DNA from: Polaromonas sp.
Lineage (GTDB): Bacteria > Pseudomonadota > Gammaproteobacteria > Burkholderiales > Burkholderiaceae_C
NCBI GenBank assembly: GCA_040400815.1
Contig: JBBAPN010000007.1
Location: 9,926 to 73,925, forward strand
Direction of reading: 5' to 3'
DNA length: 64,000 bases
Made by a program: the position numbers and the translations under genes. This document shows, in pieces, positions 18,306 to 27,465 of this stretch. The number at the start of each line of letters is the position of its first letter. Positions within the stretch are counted from its first letter, which is position 1. The notes below the pieces were generated by a model. The model ran no database searches. It was given only the letters and a program-made list of their open reading frames with translations, and was not told where the DNA came from.

Positions 18306-19580
18306 TTAGCCTGCAAGCGCAGTTAATTCAGCCTTTTTCGCCGCCATCGCTTGCGCGCAGGCAAAGCCCGAGGCCCAAGCCCACTGAAAGTTGTAGCCGC
18401 CTAGCCAGCCGGTCACGTCGACGACTTCGCCAATGAAGTACAGGCTGGGCTGTGTCGACTCCATGCTTTGTGAAGACAGGTCGCGGGTGTCGATGCCGCC
18501 GGTGGTGACCTCGGCTTTTTTGTAGCCTTCAGTGCCGGTGGGTACCAGTTGCCAGTCGGCCAGCCGCGCAGCCAGTGTTTGCAGGGCTTTGTCGGGCGTG
18601 TCGCTGATGGGGCGTTGCAGGGCTGGGTCGTCGCCGACCCACGCGTCAGCCAGCCGACTCGGCACCAGCGCGCCGAGTTCGTTGGCGATCAGCTTGCGGG
18701 ACTGGCTTTTGGCTTTCAGCAGCGTGGCGTTGAGGTCGCTGCCGGGCGCCAAGTTGATGCGCACCGGCTGCCCTTCGCGCCAGAAGCTGGAGATTTGCAG
18801 TACGGCCGGGCCGCTCAGGCCGCGGTGGGTGAACAGCAGGTCTTCCGAAAAAACGACAGATTTTTTGCGTTGCTTGGGTGTGGCGTCGGCCGGGCTGGTG
18901 TCGATCTGCACCGGCAGCGCCAAGCCGGCCAACTGCGCATAAGGGGCCCAGCCAGCGCCGTCAAAGGTCAGCGGCACCAAGGCGGCGCGCGGCTCGACCA
19001 AGCGCAGGCCAAATTGGCTGGCGATGCGGTAGCCGAAATCGGTCGCACCGATCTTTGGGATCGACAGACCGCCGGTGGAAATAACCACCTGCGCGGCCTT
19101 GATCAGCCCGCGGTCGCTGTCGATCTGGTAGCCGCTGCCACAGCTGGCGTCCCCAGTCGCTGCGCTTTTCACGCTTTTGACGCTTTTCACGCTGCACGGT
19201 TGCCAGCGCTCGACACCGCCGGCGGCACATTCGGCCAGCAGCAAGTTGATGATGTCTTCGGCCGAGCGGTCGCAAAACATCTGGCCTTTGTGCTTTTCAT
19301 GAAAGGGGACTTGGTGCTTTTGCAACAGCTCAATGAAGTCTTGTGGCGTGTAACGCGACAGGGCAGAGCGGCAAAAGTGCGGGTTCTCGCTCAAGAACTG
19401 CGCCGGGGTGGCGTCGCGGTTGGTGAAGTTGCAGCGGCCGCCGCCCGAGATGCGGATTTTTTCCGCGACTTTCTCGCTGTGGTCTAGGACCAGAACTTTC
19501 AAACCCAGCTGGCCGGCCACGCCCGCACAAAAAAGGCCGGCGGCGCCAGCGCCAATGATCACAACGTCAAATGAATGCAT
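18306..19580 (-). CDS. HI0933/YhiN-family flavoprotein (NAD(P)/FAD oxidoreductase)
   Basis: GAGAAG, KIRISGGGRCNFTN, LFTHRGLSGPAVL, GEVVDVTGWLGGYNFQWAWASG. Confidence 0.92.
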   Translation of the reverse strand: MHSFDVVIIGAGAAGLFCAGVAGQLGLKVLVLDHSEKVAEKIRISGGGRCNFTNRDATPAQFLSENPHFCRSALSRYTPQDFIELLQKHQVPFHEKHKGQMFCDRSAEDIINLLLAECAAGGVERWQPCSVKSVKSVKSAATGDASCGSGYQIDSDRGLIKAAQVVISTGGLSIPKIGATDFGYRIASQFGLRLVEPRAALVPLTFDGAGWAPYAQLAGLALPVQIDTSPADATPKQRKKSVVFSEDLLFTHRGLSGPAVLQISSFWREGQPVRINLAPGSDLNATLLKAKSQSRKLIANELGALVPSRLADAWVGDDPALQRPISDTPDKALQTLAARLADWQLVPTGTEGYKKAEVTTGGIDTRDLSSQSMESTQPSLYFIGEVVDVTGWLGGYNFQWAWASGFACAQAMAAKKAELTALAG

Positions 19581-19639
19581 GCGGGGAGTGTATTGAAAGC
19601 CGCGATGCCCCCGCGCTTTTCAATGCGCAGCATCAACGA

Positions 19640-20449
19640 TCAGGCGACCCGAACAGTTTCCGGCTGGGTCGATGCTGGATGCGCTGCGGCCAAGGCCAAG
19701 CAGCCGACCACGTCGCCAACCACGATGACCGACGGGCTGGCCATGCCGTTGTCTTGGATGGCTGCAGCCAGCGTGCCCAGCGTGGTGCTGATGTGGCGCT
19801 GCGTGGCCAGCGAAGCGTTTTGAATCACCGCCACGGGGGTGCTGGCAGGCAAGCCGGTCAACAACTCGTCTTGAATGCGGCCTGCACCGCTCACGCCCAT
19901 GTAAATCACCAAGGTGAGGCGGGCGCTGTGCGCGGTGGCCGCCAAGGCTTGCCAGTCGGTGCCGGCATCGCCAGGTTTGGCGTGGCCAGTGACGAACACC
20001 ACGCCGTGCGCATGTTGGCGGTGCGTCAGCGGCACGCCGAGGCTGGTCACGGCGGCCAAGCCAGCCGTGATGCCGTTGATGACTGTGACCTGAATGCCGG
20101 CGGCCTGCAAGTGCTCCAACTCTTCGCCGCCTCGGCCAAAGATGAAGGGGTCACCACCTTTGAGGCGCACCACGTTCTCGCCTTCAAGGGCGGCCATGAT
20201 CATGAGTTTTTCGATGAAGGCTTGCGGGGTCGATTTGCAACCGCCGCGTTTGCCGACGTAGACGATGCGTGCGGTGGCCGGTGCAAAGGCGACGATTTCG
20301 TCGCTGACCAAGTCATCGACCAGCAGCACGCTGGCGGCTTGAATGGCTTTCAGCGCTTTGATCGTGAGGAGCTCAGGATCGCCCGGGCCGGCGCCGACCA
20401 GCGTGCACTGGCCGCCAACGTTTTTGAAGGAGGTGTTGTCGCTGTTCAT
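19640..20449 (-). CDS. cobA: Uroporphyrinogen-III C-methyltransferase (siroheme synthesis)
   Basis: LVGAGPGDPELLT, VVRLKGGDPFIFGRGGEE, LVIYMG. Confidence 0.95.
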   Translation of the reverse strand: MNSDNTSFKNVGGQCTLVGAGPGDPELLTIKALKAIQAASVLLVDDLVSDEIVAFAPATARIVYVGKRGGCKSTPQAFIEKLMIMAALEGENVVRLKGGDPFIFGRGGEELEHLQAAGIQVTVINGITAGLAAVTSLGVPLTHRQHAHGVVFVTGHAKPGDAGTDWQALAATAHSARLTLVIYMGVSGAGRIQDELLTGLPASTPVAVIQNASLATQRHISTTLGTLAAAIQDNGMASPSVIVVGDVVGCLALAAAHPASTQPETVRVA

Positions 20450-21360
20450 AGTTGCGATGTCAGATGCAAGATGTGTTCCACCTGCCGCGTGATCGGTCCC
20501 GGCACCGGTTCTGCGCCAGACAGAATCGACTCAATATACGCCGCAGTGCTGGCCGCATCAATGGCTTTCGGCAACTTCGGCAAACTGACGAGCGTGCCGG
20601 CTTGGGCTGGCTGCAACTCAATGCGTTGGCCCTGCACATAACCATCCATCGGCGGTGTGCGCCGGGCATCGGCGACCACTTCGCCTTCCGTACCGCGCAG
20701 CAGCAGGGCGTTGGCCTGCATCAGCGCCAAAGTTTGCGCCATCGAGACGGCGTATTCGGGGTGCGTGTAGCTGCTGACCACCAGCGCTTTGCCAAAGCAA
20801 GGGTTCATCAACTTGACCAAGCTGTGCGCCGGATTGCGCAGACCGACCAGACGCCGCACATCGAGCAGACGTTTCAGGCCGGGGCTCAGCAGCTCGGTTG
20901 GGGCAAAGGCCACGCTGCCGGCTTCGATCGGCGCCACCGTGGTCAGCGCCGGAATAGTCAGCGCCTGCAGCACGTCCGAGCTCAAGACCCGGGTTGATTC
21001 TGTGGCGGTGCCATGCACCAGCACGGCCAAGCCTTCGCGGGCCAGCAGCAAGGCCAGCAGGGGCGTCAAGACCGGCAGCTTGCGGGCGCCGTTGTAGCTG
21101 GGCAAAACCACCGTGCAGACAGCGCTGTCTGCCAGCGCCGGAAAGCGTTGCAAACGGGCATGGGCCGCGTCCAAGAAGCCTGCCATCTCTTGCGGTGTTT
21201 CGCCTTTGATGCGCATGGCCAGGCAAAAGGCGCCGACTTCGAGGTCGGTCACTGCGCCGTCCAGCACTTGACCGAGCAGGTCGGCGGCCTGTTCACGGCT
21301 GAGCGAGCGCGCGCCATCTTTGCCGCGGCCAATTTCTTTGATGTAGTGACTGATTCCCAT
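20446..21360 (-). CDS. ybiB: YbiB-family protein (anthranilate phosphoribosyltransferase-like fold)
   Basis: YIKEIGRGKDGARSL, MRIKGET, LPSYNGARK, SYTHPEY, RGTEGE. Confidence 0.9.
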   Translation of the reverse strand: MGISHYIKEIGRGKDGARSLSREQAADLLGQVLDGAVTDLEVGAFCLAMRIKGETPQEMAGFLDAAHARLQRFPALADSAVCTVVLPSYNGARKLPVLTPLLALLLAREGLAVLVHGTATESTRVLSSDVLQALTIPALTTVAPIEAGSVAFAPTELLSPGLKRLLDVRRLVGLRNPAHSLVKLMNPCFGKALVVSSYTHPEYAVSMAQTLALMQANALLLRGTEGEVVADARRTPPMDGYVQGQRIELQPAQAGTLVSLPKLPKAIDAASTAAYIESILSGAEPVPGPITRQVEHILHLTSQL

Positions 21361-21404
21361 AGGCTGCGATTGTCGGCGAAGCTTGATAACCCTGAGTTAT
21401 GAAC

Positions 21405-24284
21405 TCATGCAAGCACTGGCCGCGCTGAGCGCACCAAGCGTTTGAGCTCTGGCACGCAGGAGCCGCAGTTGGTGCCGCATTTCAGCGCGCTTTGCAGGGC
21501 GGCCAAGCGTTGTGCGTCGCGCATCAAATCCGCTGCGCCGCCGGCGTCCTCATGAATCAGCGCCAACTGGTTTGCGATGGCGGCATCGGTGACGTTGAAG
21601 CAGGTGCAAACCGGCTTGCCGCGGGATTGCACCGCCACCGGCGCTTTGGCGCCCGGCAGCAGCAGTTGGCGGCCGTAGGCTTGCGCTGGCAACTCTTCGA
21701 GCAGCAGGGTTTTGATCCAAGTCTCGGCGCTGGTGTCGCCGGCCAACACAAAGCCGGTGAGTTCGACCTGCTCGCCCTGGCGCTCCAGCCGAGCCGTGCG
21801 GTGCTGGCCTTTTTTGAGGTCGGCGTAGCGCAGTGTGTCAGCGCTGTTCAGGCCGAGTGCTGCCTCGATGTGCGCCAGCACGTTGGCGCTGGGCGCTTCA
21901 TAGCCGGCAGCGCGGAACAGCACGCCGGTGCGTTCGCGACTGCGGTCGGCCAGCGGCGTGTTGTTTGAAAACGGTACGCAACTGGTGAAGGGAAAAGCCG
22001 CCATCAGGTGCTTGAGTTGGGTCCGTGCGGACAGGGCTTCGTCATCGGGCAACCAAGCCATGGCCAGCAGGGACCAAGGCAGTTCAGCCTTGAGAATTTT
22101 GACGGCGGCGTGCTTCAGTTCGGGCTGTTTGGAGCTCGGGCAATAGGCCGAGGTTGTCAAGGCGTTGACCCCTGCCAGACGCTCGCCTTGGCTGGAAACG
22201 CCGCTCAGATATTCTTCGCCCCAGTGCATCGCCATGAAGGCTTGGCTGACGGCGACTTCAGGTGACGCTTGCAAAGGCACGACGATGGAGCCACGCTTGG
22301 AGGTGACGTGCACCAAGTCGCCTTCTTTGAGCAGGCGGCGCGTCATGTCTTGCACGTTCATCTGCAGCGCCGGTTCGGCCACGTGCCCAAACAAACGGCC
22401 CAGCGTGCCAGTGCGGCTCATGCCATGCCATTGGTCGCGCAGGCGGCCGGTGTTCAGTGAAAAAGGAAAGCGCGACTCGCGCGGTTCCGCCACCGGTTGG
22501 TAGACCGTGTTGACGAAGCGTGCTTTGCCATCCGCCGTGGGGAAAATGCCGTCTTCATACAGCCGCTGTTGGCCGACGGTTTGGCCTTCTTTCAAGGGCC
22601 ATTGCTGTGGCGCTTCGTCGAGCATGGCGTAGCTCATGCCGGTGATGTCGAGGTCGCGGCCACGGGTCGACTCGCGGTGTTCATTCCAAATAGCCTCGAC
22701 GCCAGCGGTTTCGTCGCTCAGCGAATAAGGGAACAGCGATTGGCCGGTCAGGTGCCGTGACGGCAGTAGCTTTTCAAGCCGCTGTGCAAAGTCCTGCGCA
22801 ATCGACCAGTCATGCCGTGTTTCGCCAGGGGCTGCAACCGCTGGCCGGACGCGGCTGATGCGGCGTTCACTGTTGGTGACGGTGCCGGTTTTTTCGCCCC
22901 AGGTGGTGGCGGGCAGCAGCAGGTCGGCAAAGTCGCAGGTGCTGGCGGTGGCGAAGGCTTCTTGCACGACCACGAACTCGGCGCGTTCAAGCGCGCGGCG
23001 CACGGTGGTTTGGTCGGGCATTGACTGCGCCGGGTTGGTGCAAGCAATCCACAAGGCCTTGATCTCGCCATCGGCGGCGGCTTGGAACATCTCGACCGCT
23101 GACTTGCCCGCATGCTCGGGCACCGAAGGCAGGCCCCACAAGGCGGCGACTTCAGCGCGGTGCTGCGGGTTGGCGAGGTCGCGGTGCGCGCTCAATAAAT
23201 TGGACAAGCCGCCGACTTCACGACCGCCCATGGCGTTGGGCTGGCCAGTCAGTGAAAACGGCCCGGCCCCGGGTTTGCCGATGTGGCCGGTGGCCAGATG
23301 CAGGTTGATCAGCGCGGCGTTTTTGGCGGTGCCGCTGCTGGATTGGTTCAAGCCTTGGCAGTACAGGCTGAGCGTGGCGGCAGAGGTCGCGAACAAGCGC
23401 GCGGCCGTCAGCAAATCTTCTTTCTTGATGCCGCAGGTTTGCGACACCAGCTCGGGCGTGTAGTCGCGCACCGTCGCCTTGAGCGCCTCAAAACCGGTGG
23501 TGTGCGCGGCGATGTAAGCGGCGTCGGTCCAGCCTTCCCACAGCATGATGTGCAACAAGCCGTTGAACAGTGAGACATCGGTGCCCGGCAGGATGGGCAA
23601 ATACAAATCGGCGATTTCGGCGGTGTCGGTGCGGCGCGGATCGCAAAAAATAATCTTCAGCGCCGGGTTGGCGGTTTTGGCGTCTTCAATGCGCCTGAAC
23701 AAAATCGGGTGTGCGTAAGCGGTGTTGCTGCCGACGATGAAAATGCACTGCGTGTGGTTGACGTCGTCGTAGCAATTCGGTGGCGCGTCGGCGCCCAGCG
23801 TTTGCTTGTAGCCGGCCACGGCGCTGCTCATGCACAGGCGCGAATTGGTGTCGACGTTGTTGCTGCCGATCAAACCTTTGACGAGTTTGTTGAAGACGTA
23901 ATAGTCTTCTGTCAGTAACTGGCCGGAGATGTAAAAACCCACAGCATCAGGGCCATGCTCGCCGATGATCTGCGCAAAGCGCTGGCTGGCGAGGTCGAGC
24001 GCGCTGTCCCAAGAGACGACTTCGGCCACGCCGCCGCGCGTGCTGCGCTGCATCGGCTGCAACAAGCGCGTTTGCCGCGTCACCACGGCAGAAGCGGTCA
24101 GCGCAAGGGTTGAGCCCTTGGTGCACAGCCGGCCGAAGTTGGCCGGATGCGTTGGGTCACCGCGAACACCGGTGATCTCGTTGTCCTGCGACTCGATGAT
24201 GACGCCGCAGCCCACACCGCAGTAAGGGCAGGTGGACTTGGTTTCACGAACCGTGTTGACGCTGTTGCTGCTGTGGAGAGTCAA
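21405..24284 (-). CDS. nasA: Assimilatory nitrate reductase catalytic subunit (Mo-bisPGD, 4Fe-4S, C-terminal BFD-like 2Fe-2S)
   Basis: STCPYCGVGCG, NFGRLCTKG, NSRLCMSSA, TGQPNAMGGRE, TGRLRDQWH, CTCF..CGTNCGSC; probable TTG start at 24284 just after the nirD stop. Confidence 0.93.
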   Translation of the reverse strand: MTLHSSNSVNTVRETKSTCPYCGVGCGVIIESQDNEITGVRGDPTHPANFGRLCTKGSTLALTASAVVTRQTRLLQPMQRSTRGGVAEVVSWDSALDLASQRFAQIIGEHGPDAVGFYISGQLLTEDYYVFNKLVKGLIGSNNVDTNSRLCMSSAVAGYKQTLGADAPPNCYDDVNHTQCIFIVGSNTAYAHPILFRRIEDAKTANPALKIIFCDPRRTDTAEIADLYLPILPGTDVSLFNGLLHIMLWEGWTDAAYIAAHTTGFEALKATVRDYTPELVSQTCGIKKEDLLTAARLFATSAATLSLYCQGLNQSSSGTAKNAALINLHLATGHIGKPGAGPFSLTGQPNAMGGREVGGLSNLLSAHRDLANPQHRAEVAALWGLPSVPEHAGKSAVEMFQAAADGEIKALWIACTNPAQSMPDQTTVRRALERAEFVVVQEAFATASTCDFADLLLPATTWGEKTGTVTNSERRISRVRPAVAAPGETRHDWSIAQDFAQRLEKLLPSRHLTGQSLFPYSLSDETAGVEAIWNEHRESTRGRDLDITGMSYAMLDEAPQQWPLKEGQTVGQQRLYEDGIFPTADGKARFVNTVYQPVAEPRESRFPFSLNTGRLRDQWHGMSRTGTLGRLFGHVAEPALQMNVQDMTRRLLKEGDLVHVTSKRGSIVVPLQASPEVAVSQAFMAMHWGEEYLSGVSSQGERLAGVNALTTSAYCPSSKQPELKHAAVKILKAELPWSLLAMAWLPDDEALSARTQLKHLMAAFPFTSCVPFSNNTPLADRSRERTGVLFRAAGYEAPSANVLAHIEAALGLNSADTLRYADLKKGQHRTARLERQGEQVELTGFVLAGDTSAETWIKTLLLEELPAQAYGRQLLLPGAKAPVAVQSRGKPVCTCFNVTDAAIANQLALIHEDAGGAADLMRDAQRLAALQSALKCGTNCGSCVPELKRLVRSARPVLA

Positions 24285-24285
24285 C

Positions 24286-24678
24286 TCAAACCTCGCTGGT
24301 GATCGCAGTTTTGTGCGCCGGCCCGGCCACGGGGCGGAGCAAGTCGATGGCGTGGCTGGCGAGTTCTTCGCTGTCCAGAAAGACACTGCCGTCAGTCACC
24401 TTGACGCTGAACTTCGGCGTGCAACCTTCGTCGGGTGCCCTGGCGCAGCCGTCGGCCAGACCGATGGTCCAGTTGTGCAGCGGGCAGGCCACGCTGGTGC
24501 CAAAGACAATGCCTTGACTCAGAGGGCCGCCTTTGTGCGGGCAACGGTCCAGCAAAGCAAAAACACCGTCTTGGTCGTTGCGAAACACGGCCACGTCAAC
24601 GCTTTGGGCGCGGGCTACACGGCGCGAACCGAGCACCGGGATGTCGGTGACGAGGCAGATTTTTTTCCATTCAGACAT
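24286..24678 (-). CDS. nirD: Nitrite reductase small (Rieske) subunit
   Basis: DRCPHKGGPLSQG, ACPLHNW; between nirB and nitrate reductase. Confidence 0.93.
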   Translation of the reverse strand: MSEWKKICLVTDIPVLGSRRVARAQSVDVAVFRNDQDGVFALLDRCPHKGGPLSQGIVFGTSVACPLHNWTIGLADGCARAPDEGCTPKFSVKVTDGSVFLDSEELASHAIDLLRPVAGPAHKTAITSEV

Positions 24679-24711
24679 GCTTCAGATTCCTTTGCATTTG
24701 ACTAGCGGAGC

Positions 24712-27168
24712 TCAAGCCGGTGAGAGTTTTTCAAATTGACGTGTGTCGACTTCGGCTTCCTTGTGGTCAAACCACGGATCGGGCTCGCCATCGAGGGCGA
24801 AATGCAGGCGTTCCCACAGCGCTTTGCGGCCTTCGTGGTCGTCGAGGATTTTTTTCTTCACGTAGTCGAGGCCAACCCGGTTGACGTAATGCACGGTGCG
24901 TTCAAGGTACCAGCCCTCTTGACGGTACAACTCGCAAAACGCGCCGGTGTATTCGAGGACTTCGGCCGCGGTTTTGACTTTGGTGAAGAAGTGCGCGACT
25001 TCGGTTTTGATGCCGCCGTTGCCGGCGATGTACATCTCCCAGCCGGAGTCAACGCCGATGATGCCAACGTCTTTGATGCCCGCTTCAGCGCAATTGCGCG
25101 GGCAACCGCTGACCGCAAATTTTACCTTGTGCGGTGCATACATGCGCCACATCGCGCGCTCCAAGTCTTTGCCCATTTGGGTGCTGTCTTGCGTGCCCAT
25201 GCGGCACCATTCGCTGCCGACACACGTCTTGACCGTGCGCAGCGCCTTGGCGTAGGCGTGACCCGACGGCATGCCGATGTCTTTCCAGACATTCACCAGG
25301 TCTTCTTTTTTGACGCCCAGCAAGTCAATCCGCTGGCCGCCGGTGACCTTGACGGTCGGGATTTTGTACTTGTCGACAGCGTCGGCGATGCGGCGCAATT
25401 CGCTGGACGTTGTCTCGCCGCCCCACATGCGCGGAATGACGCTGTAGGTGCCGTCTTTCTGGATGTTGGCGTGGCTGCGTTCGTTGATGTAGCGACTTTG
25501 CGGATCGTCTTTGGCCTCTTTCGGCCAGCTGCTGGTGACGTAGTAGTTGATGGCCGGGCGGCAGCTGGCGCAACCGTTGGGCGTGCGCCATTCCATGAAT
25601 TTGTAGACATCGGCAATCGTCAGCAGCTTGTTGGCGCGAATCGCTTCGCGCACGGCTTGGTGGCCGTGGTCGGTGCAGCTGCACATGGCTTTGAGTTTGG
25701 GCGTGGCCGAGTAGTCGCCGCCGGCTGTGAACATCAAAATTTGCTCAACCAAACCGGTGCACGAGCCGCAGGAGGCGCTGGCCTTGGTGTGCTTGCGCAC
25801 TTCGTCGAGTGTGAACAGACCTTTTTCTTTGATGGCTTTGCAGATACTGCCTTTGGTCACCCCATTGCAGCCGCACACTTCGGCCGTGTCGGGCATGGTG
25901 ACGGCTTTGCTGTGGCCTTCATGGCCGACGTCACCGATGTTGGATTCGCCGAACATCAGCTTGTCGCGAATGCCCGCCACACTGCGGCCATCGCGCAGCA
26001 GTTTGAAGTAGTAACTGCCATCGACCGTGTCGCCGTAGAGGCAGGCGCCGATCAGCTTGTCGTCTTTGATCACCAGCTTTTTATAGACGCCACCGAACGG
26101 GTCGCTCATGATGATTTCTTCGGTGCCAGCGTCTTCGGGGCGTCCCGATGACGCACCCATGAAGTCGCCCGCTGAAAACAAATCAATGCCGGTCACTTTG
26201 AGTTTGGTCGAGGTCAACGAGCCGGTGTAGCGGCCAATGCCGAACAGCGCCAAGTGGTTGGCGGCAACCTTGGCTTGCTCGAACAAAGGCGCGACCAAGC
26301 CGTAGGCAATGCCGCGGTGCGCCGCACATTCGCCGACCGAGTAAATGCGCGCATCGGTCACGGTTTGCAGCGTGTCGGTGACGACGATGCCTTTGTGGCA
26401 ATGCAGGTTCATCGACTCGGCCAGCGCGGTGTTGGGGCGAATGCCGACCGCCATCACCACCAAGTCAGTGGCGAGTTCAGTGCCATCCTTGAATTTGATC
26501 GACGTGACGCGGCCTTCGGCGTTGCCGGTGAGCTCTTGTGTCTGCGCGCCCATGAGAAAGGTCAGGCCGCGGGCTTCGAGTGATTTTTGCAGCAGCTTGC
26601 CGGCCACGCTGTCGAGCTGGCGCTCCATCAGCGTTGGCATGACGTGCACCACGGTGACGGTCATGCCGCGCAGCATCAGGCCGTTGGCCGCTTCGAGGCC
26701 GAGCAGCCCGCCGCCGATGACGACGGCGTTTTTGTACTGGGTGGCGGCGGCGATCATCTCGTTGGTGTCGGCGATGTCGCGGTAGGCGATCACGCCTTTC
26801 AAGTCTTTGCCCGGTACCGGCAAGATGAACGGGTTCGAGCCGGTGCACATCAGCAATCGGTCATACGATTCTTCAGTGCCATCTTCAGCGCGCACCACGC
26901 GCTTGACGCGGTCAACCTCAACCACTTTTTTGCCCGCGTGCAGCGTGATGTGGTTGTCGCTGTACCACTCCCAGCTGTTCAGCACGATGTCGTCAAGCGA
27001 CTGTTCGCCGGCCAGCACCGGGCTCAGCAAGATGCGGTTGTAGTTCGGATGCGGCTCCGCACCAAACACCGTGATGTCGTACAGCTCGGGGGCGACCTTG
27101 AGCAATTCTTCGAGGGTGCGGACACCGGCCATGCCGTTGCCGATCATGACCAATTTTGATTTTTTCAT
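24712..27168 (-). CDS. nirB: NAD(P)H nitrite reductase large subunit
   Basis: IGNGMAG, NYNRILLS, two BFD-like Cys clusters, KTCVGSEWC, SGCPRNCAE siroheme/FeS motifs. Confidence 0.96.
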   Translation of the reverse strand: MKKSKLVMIGNGMAGVRTLEELLKVAPELYDITVFGAEPHPNYNRILLSPVLAGEQSLDDIVLNSWEWYSDNHITLHAGKKVVEVDRVKRVVRAEDGTEESYDRLLMCTGSNPFILPVPGKDLKGVIAYRDIADTNEMIAAATQYKNAVVIGGGLLGLEAANGLMLRGMTVTVVHVMPTLMERQLDSVAGKLLQKSLEARGLTFLMGAQTQELTGNAEGRVTSIKFKDGTELATDLVVMAVGIRPNTALAESMNLHCHKGIVVTDTLQTVTDARIYSVGECAAHRGIAYGLVAPLFEQAKVAANHLALFGIGRYTGSLTSTKLKVTGIDLFSAGDFMGASSGRPEDAGTEEIIMSDPFGGVYKKLVIKDDKLIGACLYGDTVDGSYYFKLLRDGRSVAGIRDKLMFGESNIGDVGHEGHSKAVTMPDTAEVCGCNGVTKGSICKAIKEKGLFTLDEVRKHTKASASCGSCTGLVEQILMFTAGGDYSATPKLKAMCSCTDHGHQAVREAIRANKLLTIADVYKFMEWRTPNGCASCRPAINYYVTSSWPKEAKDDPQSRYINERSHANIQKDGTYSVIPRMWGGETTSSELRRIADAVDKYKIPTVKVTGGQRIDLLGVKKEDLVNVWKDIGMPSGHAYAKALRTVKTCVGSEWCRMGTQDSTQMGKDLERAMWRMYAPHKVKFAVSGCPRNCAEAGIKDVGIIGVDSGWEMYIAGNGGIKTEVAHFFTKVKTAAEVLEYTGAFCELYRQEGWYLERTVHYVNRVGLDYVKKKILDDHEGRKALWERLHFALDGEPDPWFDHKEAEVDTRQFEKLSPA

Positions 27169-27258
27169 GGGCTGTTCCCGTGTGAAGTGTGGGTGAGATG
27201 ACAAACGTCAGACCGCTGCGGTAACCGACCGTGGGCCCGACAAGAAGGCGCACCATGA

Positions 27259-27320
27259 CGTACAGCGTTGTACGCAAAACCGCCCTGCGGTTGATCCGGT
27301 TGAACGCGTCGTTACGTTCG
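27259..27320 (-). promoter_or_regulatory. Putative ANTAR-binding dual hexaloop RNA in nirB leader
   Basis: GAACGT-AACGAC-GCGTTC (27302-27319) and CGTAC-AACGCT-GTACG (27259-27274); both loops are AA-N-G-N-N like the nrtA leader loops. Confidence 0.7.
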
Positions 27321-27330
27321 AAATGCTTCT

Positions 27331-27346
27331 TGCAAGAGTTGTGCCA
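27331..27346 (-). promoter_or_regulatory. sigma54 promoter of nirBD-nasA operon
   Basis: TGGCACAACTCTTGCA, exact -24/-12 consensus. Confidence 0.9.
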
Positions 27347-27465
27347 CTGGCTTGCTTTCAGTCAGTCACGTTGCCGAGCTGCTGCGCTGAAGCTGGTCTT
27401 AAAATTGCATCTTCTTTGATTTCATTTCTTGCCACCTGACACCACAGCTGGCCACCAGCTTTGCC

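Noticed and set aside
19163-19193. 9-bp x3 repeat encoding SVKSVKSVK in the YhiN-family gene
   Set aside because: In-frame microduplication in a probable variable loop; cannot cause phase variation by frameshift
24285-24386. N-terminal extension of the nitrate reductase ORF overlapping nirD
   Set aside because: Artefact of longest-ORF calling; the recognisable protein begins just after the nirD stop
27449-27465. TGGCCACCAGCTTTGCC as a sigma54 promoter for the ANTAR sensor
   Set aside because: GG-to-GC spacing is 11 rather than 10, and +1 would fall inside the ORF
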